From assembly GCA_964601215.1 (NCBI GenBank), contig CAZRMN010000002.1, positions 2,314 through 57,081 on the forward strand: DNA of 54,768 nt, written 5' to 3'. Origin of the DNA: an uncultured archaeon (lineage in GTDB: Archaea; Aenigmatarchaeota; Aenigmatarchaeia; CG10238-14; SCSR01). The notes under the pieces were generated by a model. That model was not told the DNA's origin. It worked only from the letters and a program-made list of their open reading frames with translations, and ran no database searches. Below, piece after piece: positions 52,977 to 54,768 of this stretch (positions within the stretch are counted from its first letter, which is position 1; each line of letters starts with the position of its first letter). The position numbers and the translations under genes are program-made.

Positions 52977-53722
52977 TTTAACGCTTCTGAGCGATTTAAA
53001 GCGCTTTGAAGCGCTCCTTTATATCTTACCCATCCTTGTCCATTTTTTTCAAATCTTTCTATTTCATCTGTTCTTTTAACCATATTAGTAAGCAAACCCC
53101 TAAGACCCGAGGTATTCTTCCATCCTAGTCTTTGGGCGAGATCTTTATAACTGATTTCTCCAGCAGATTTAACTATAGCCAAAACTTCCTTCATTCTAGG
53201 AGTTAAGGGTAATTGTCTCTCTATTTTTTCTACTTCGGTCAAAATTTCCTCTTTAATTGGTGAGGGTGCAATTTCTGCTGTTTTTTTAATAGAATCAATA
53301 GAATTTTGAATTATTTCTAGTTTTTTGTTAATATTTTCATCATGGGATCTTAGAAGCTCTTTGATCTCTTGTATAGAGTTTAAAGAATCTGCAAAATTAG
53401 ATAAAAACCATTCTTTGGAAGTCATTTGAGATTCTATTCGATGTAGGGATGATTCTATTTCTCGCAAGGTTCGCCCTGTGTATCCTGCGGCAATTCCCAA
53501 TTGTAAAGAATCCCTCTGAAGTTCTATTGAATCTTTGGGTTTCATAGGTTCATAAACTTCTGATTTTTCTATCGATTCTGAAGCGCTTTGAAGCGCTTTG
53601 AAGCGATCTTGAAGCGCTTTTGCATCGCTTTGAAGCGCTTTAAAATTATTTGAAGCGCTTTGAAGCGCTTCGGGACTGCGCTTTTTTCGAAATAGATTAA
53701 TGATCTTGCTAAAAAAGCCCAT
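52961..53722 (-). CDS. Amphipathic N-terminal helix + repeat region + coiled coil + C-terminal wHTH protein
   Basis: MGFFSKIINLFRKK; KALQS repeats; coiled coil about aa 85-165; LTPRMKEVLAIVK..GEISYKDLAQRLG...GWVRY. Confidence 0.8.
   Translation of the reverse strand: MGFFSKIINLFRKKRSPEALQSASNNFKALQSDAKALQDRFKALQSASESIEKSEVYEPMKPKDSIELQRDSLQLGIAAGYTGRTLREIESSLHRIESQMTSKEWFLSNFADSLNSIQEIKELLRSHDENINKKLEIIQNSIDSIKKTAEIAPSPIKEEILTEVEKIERQLPLTPRMKEVLAIVKSAGEISYKDLAQRLGWKNTSGLRGLLTNMVKRTDEIERFEKNGQGWVRYKGALQSALNRSEALNHNLE
52979..53016. repeat. Four-unit 10-bp phased array of AAGCGCTT-like sites at the 3' end of the ORF
   Basis: TAACGCTT 52979, GAGCGATT 52989, AAGCGCTT 52999, AAGCGCTC 53009. Confidence 0.75.
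53581..53670. repeat. Phased array of palindromic AAGCGCTT (unit TGAAGCGCTT) at the 5' end of the ORF
   Basis: Perfect copies at 53581, 53591, 53612, 53633, 53653, 53663; variants at 53601 and 53623. Confidence 0.92.
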
Positions 53723-53971
53723 ATTTTTAATTTATTTTTTAACTATTTAACTCTTACTTTTTAGAAATCCTCACTTTGTTTGGAAGAGTCGGCTTCGAGG
53801 TCTGCAACTCTAAACTCTCACTTTTTCTGAAGATAGAAAAAAATTCACTTTTCAAACTTTGTCTATAAAATTTTCTATTTTTTCCAATTTATACTTTTTA
53901 CAAAATTATAAAAAAATATTTTTAAGATTAAACAAAAAATATATAAATAGAAAAAAATATATAATAAAATT

Positions 53972-54397
53972 ATGAAAAAACGAGATTTTTTGGAGAAAAT
54001 AACTTTTTTCTTTGAGAATGCGTGCGTAAAAACCCATAAAAAAAGCGATGAAGAACTGGTAAGTAAAGTAAGAGAGTTTTTGTTAAAGTTTAAACCCAAA
54101 AAAATATGGGAAGAAAAGGGAATAATTAATCGATATCTTCAAAAAAACGTATTTCCTGACTTTGTTATCCTTTTAAACGGAAAATTAATTGCTTGTGAAG
54201 TAGAAAAGACCAATTTTAGGTCTAAATTCGATCTTTATAACGGGGTAAAATTGTTCGATGAAATATGGTTTTTTACCGACGTTCCTTATGAAAAAGAATG
54301 GTTGCATTATAAATTTGAAAATCAACTAAAAATAAAGCAAAAATTCTTCGGCTTGAACAGAAAAAATGAGATAGTTCTAATTAAAGAAATCCACTAA
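53972..54397 (+). CDS. PD-(D/E)xK restriction-endonuclease-fold protein
   Basis: VFPDFVILLNGKLIACEVEK, then KFDLY and DEIWFF. Confidence 0.7.
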   Translation: MKKRDFLEKITFFFENACVKTHKKSDEELVSKVREFLLKFKPKKIWEEKGIINRYLQKNVFPDFVILLNGKLIACEVEKTNFRSKFDLYNGVKLFDEIWFFTDVPYEKEWLHYKFENQLKIKQKFFGLNRKNEIVLIKEIH

Positions 54398-54450
54398 GTG
54401 CACAATCCATTAAAGTATGTGGCGCTTTTTTGAAAAATACAGAAAAAAAC

Positions 54451-54639
54451 CTAAAATTTTGCCTTTCTAAACGCACTTCTAATAGCTTTTAAGCAATCAG
54501 AACATACATTCAAGAATCTGTAGCTTCTATAAGTAGATCTTAACCTGTAAACATCACCCTTTTTATGACAAAAATCACAAGTGCCGCGATACCCGCCCTC
54601 AATTTTAATTTTTGTAATCCTTTTCATTCCTTTAACCAT
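54451..54639 (-). CDS. Small Zn-finger protein
   Basis: CDFC-x21-CSDC followed by a basic helix. Confidence 0.65.
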   Translation of the reverse strand: MVKGMKRITKIKIEGGYRGTCDFCHKKGDVYRLRSTYRSYRFLNVCSDCLKAIRSAFRKAKF

Positions 54640-54768
54640 ACTAATTAATTAGGTTTTGAAATTTTTATACTAAATGCACAATCTAATTAAACATTTGGCG
54701 CACTTTCCTTAAAAATAAGTCCAATTTTGCCTTTTTAAACCCAAAAAGTGCATATAAGATACATTAAA

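Noticed and set aside
53581-53670. Repeat array as a CRISPR locus
   Set aside because: Units are about 10 bp with no unique spacers, lie inside an ORF, and no cas genes are present
357-53722. Many antisense ORFs in the track (e.g. 704-1012, 5977-6450, 20321-20758, 31214-31714, 51843-52190)
   Set aside because: They shadow well-supported genes on the opposite strand; their Phe/Ser/Ile-rich composition is the reverse complement of Lys/Glu-rich codons

Overview
AT-rich, very compact archaeal chromosomal segment. DPANN-like features (split RpoB, divergent EF-2 and uS12, tRNAs without encoded CCA, many small orphan ORFs) suggest a lineage such as Aenigmarchaeota; this is inference, not a computed placement. 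Most of the window is core informational machinery: pfdA-ftsY-srp54 with a presenilin-type protease, pus10-rpl21e-rpoF, EF-1beta, rnz/cca/elp3, thrS, an ATP-dependent DNA ligase carrying a 341-aa LAGLIDADG intein, tRNA-Tyr/5S rRNA/tRNA-Asp, the rpoH-B''-B'-A'-A''-rpl30e-nusA-rps12-rps7-fusA-tuf-rps10 cluster (interrupted by thiI and a cation/Ca exchanger), PolB, SAM synthetase, a deoxyhypusine synthase-like gene and MetAP. Main observations: (1) gene 52961-53722 encodes an amphipathic N-terminal helix, a coiled coil and a wHTH, and both ends of its own coding sequence carry helically phased arrays of the palindrome AAGCGCTT, next to an AT-rich tract and a PD-(D/E)xK nuclease; this is a candidate self-targeting origin or DNA-membrane tether system. 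(2) A switch-like 5' leader with mutually exclusive helices can occlude the SD of an archaeal asparagine synthetase-pyrB-pyrI cluster, and pyrB has no canonical start codon. (3) Three of four tRNAs have introns at three different positions (15/16, 37/38, 43/44). (4) Near-invariant motifs of uS12 and EF-2 are substituted. (5) A purC 3' remnant and an amber-interrupted gene mark local decay. (6) Several unannotated Zn-ribbon microproteins occur, two of them paralogous. Family assignments come from motif recognition only; no database searches were run.
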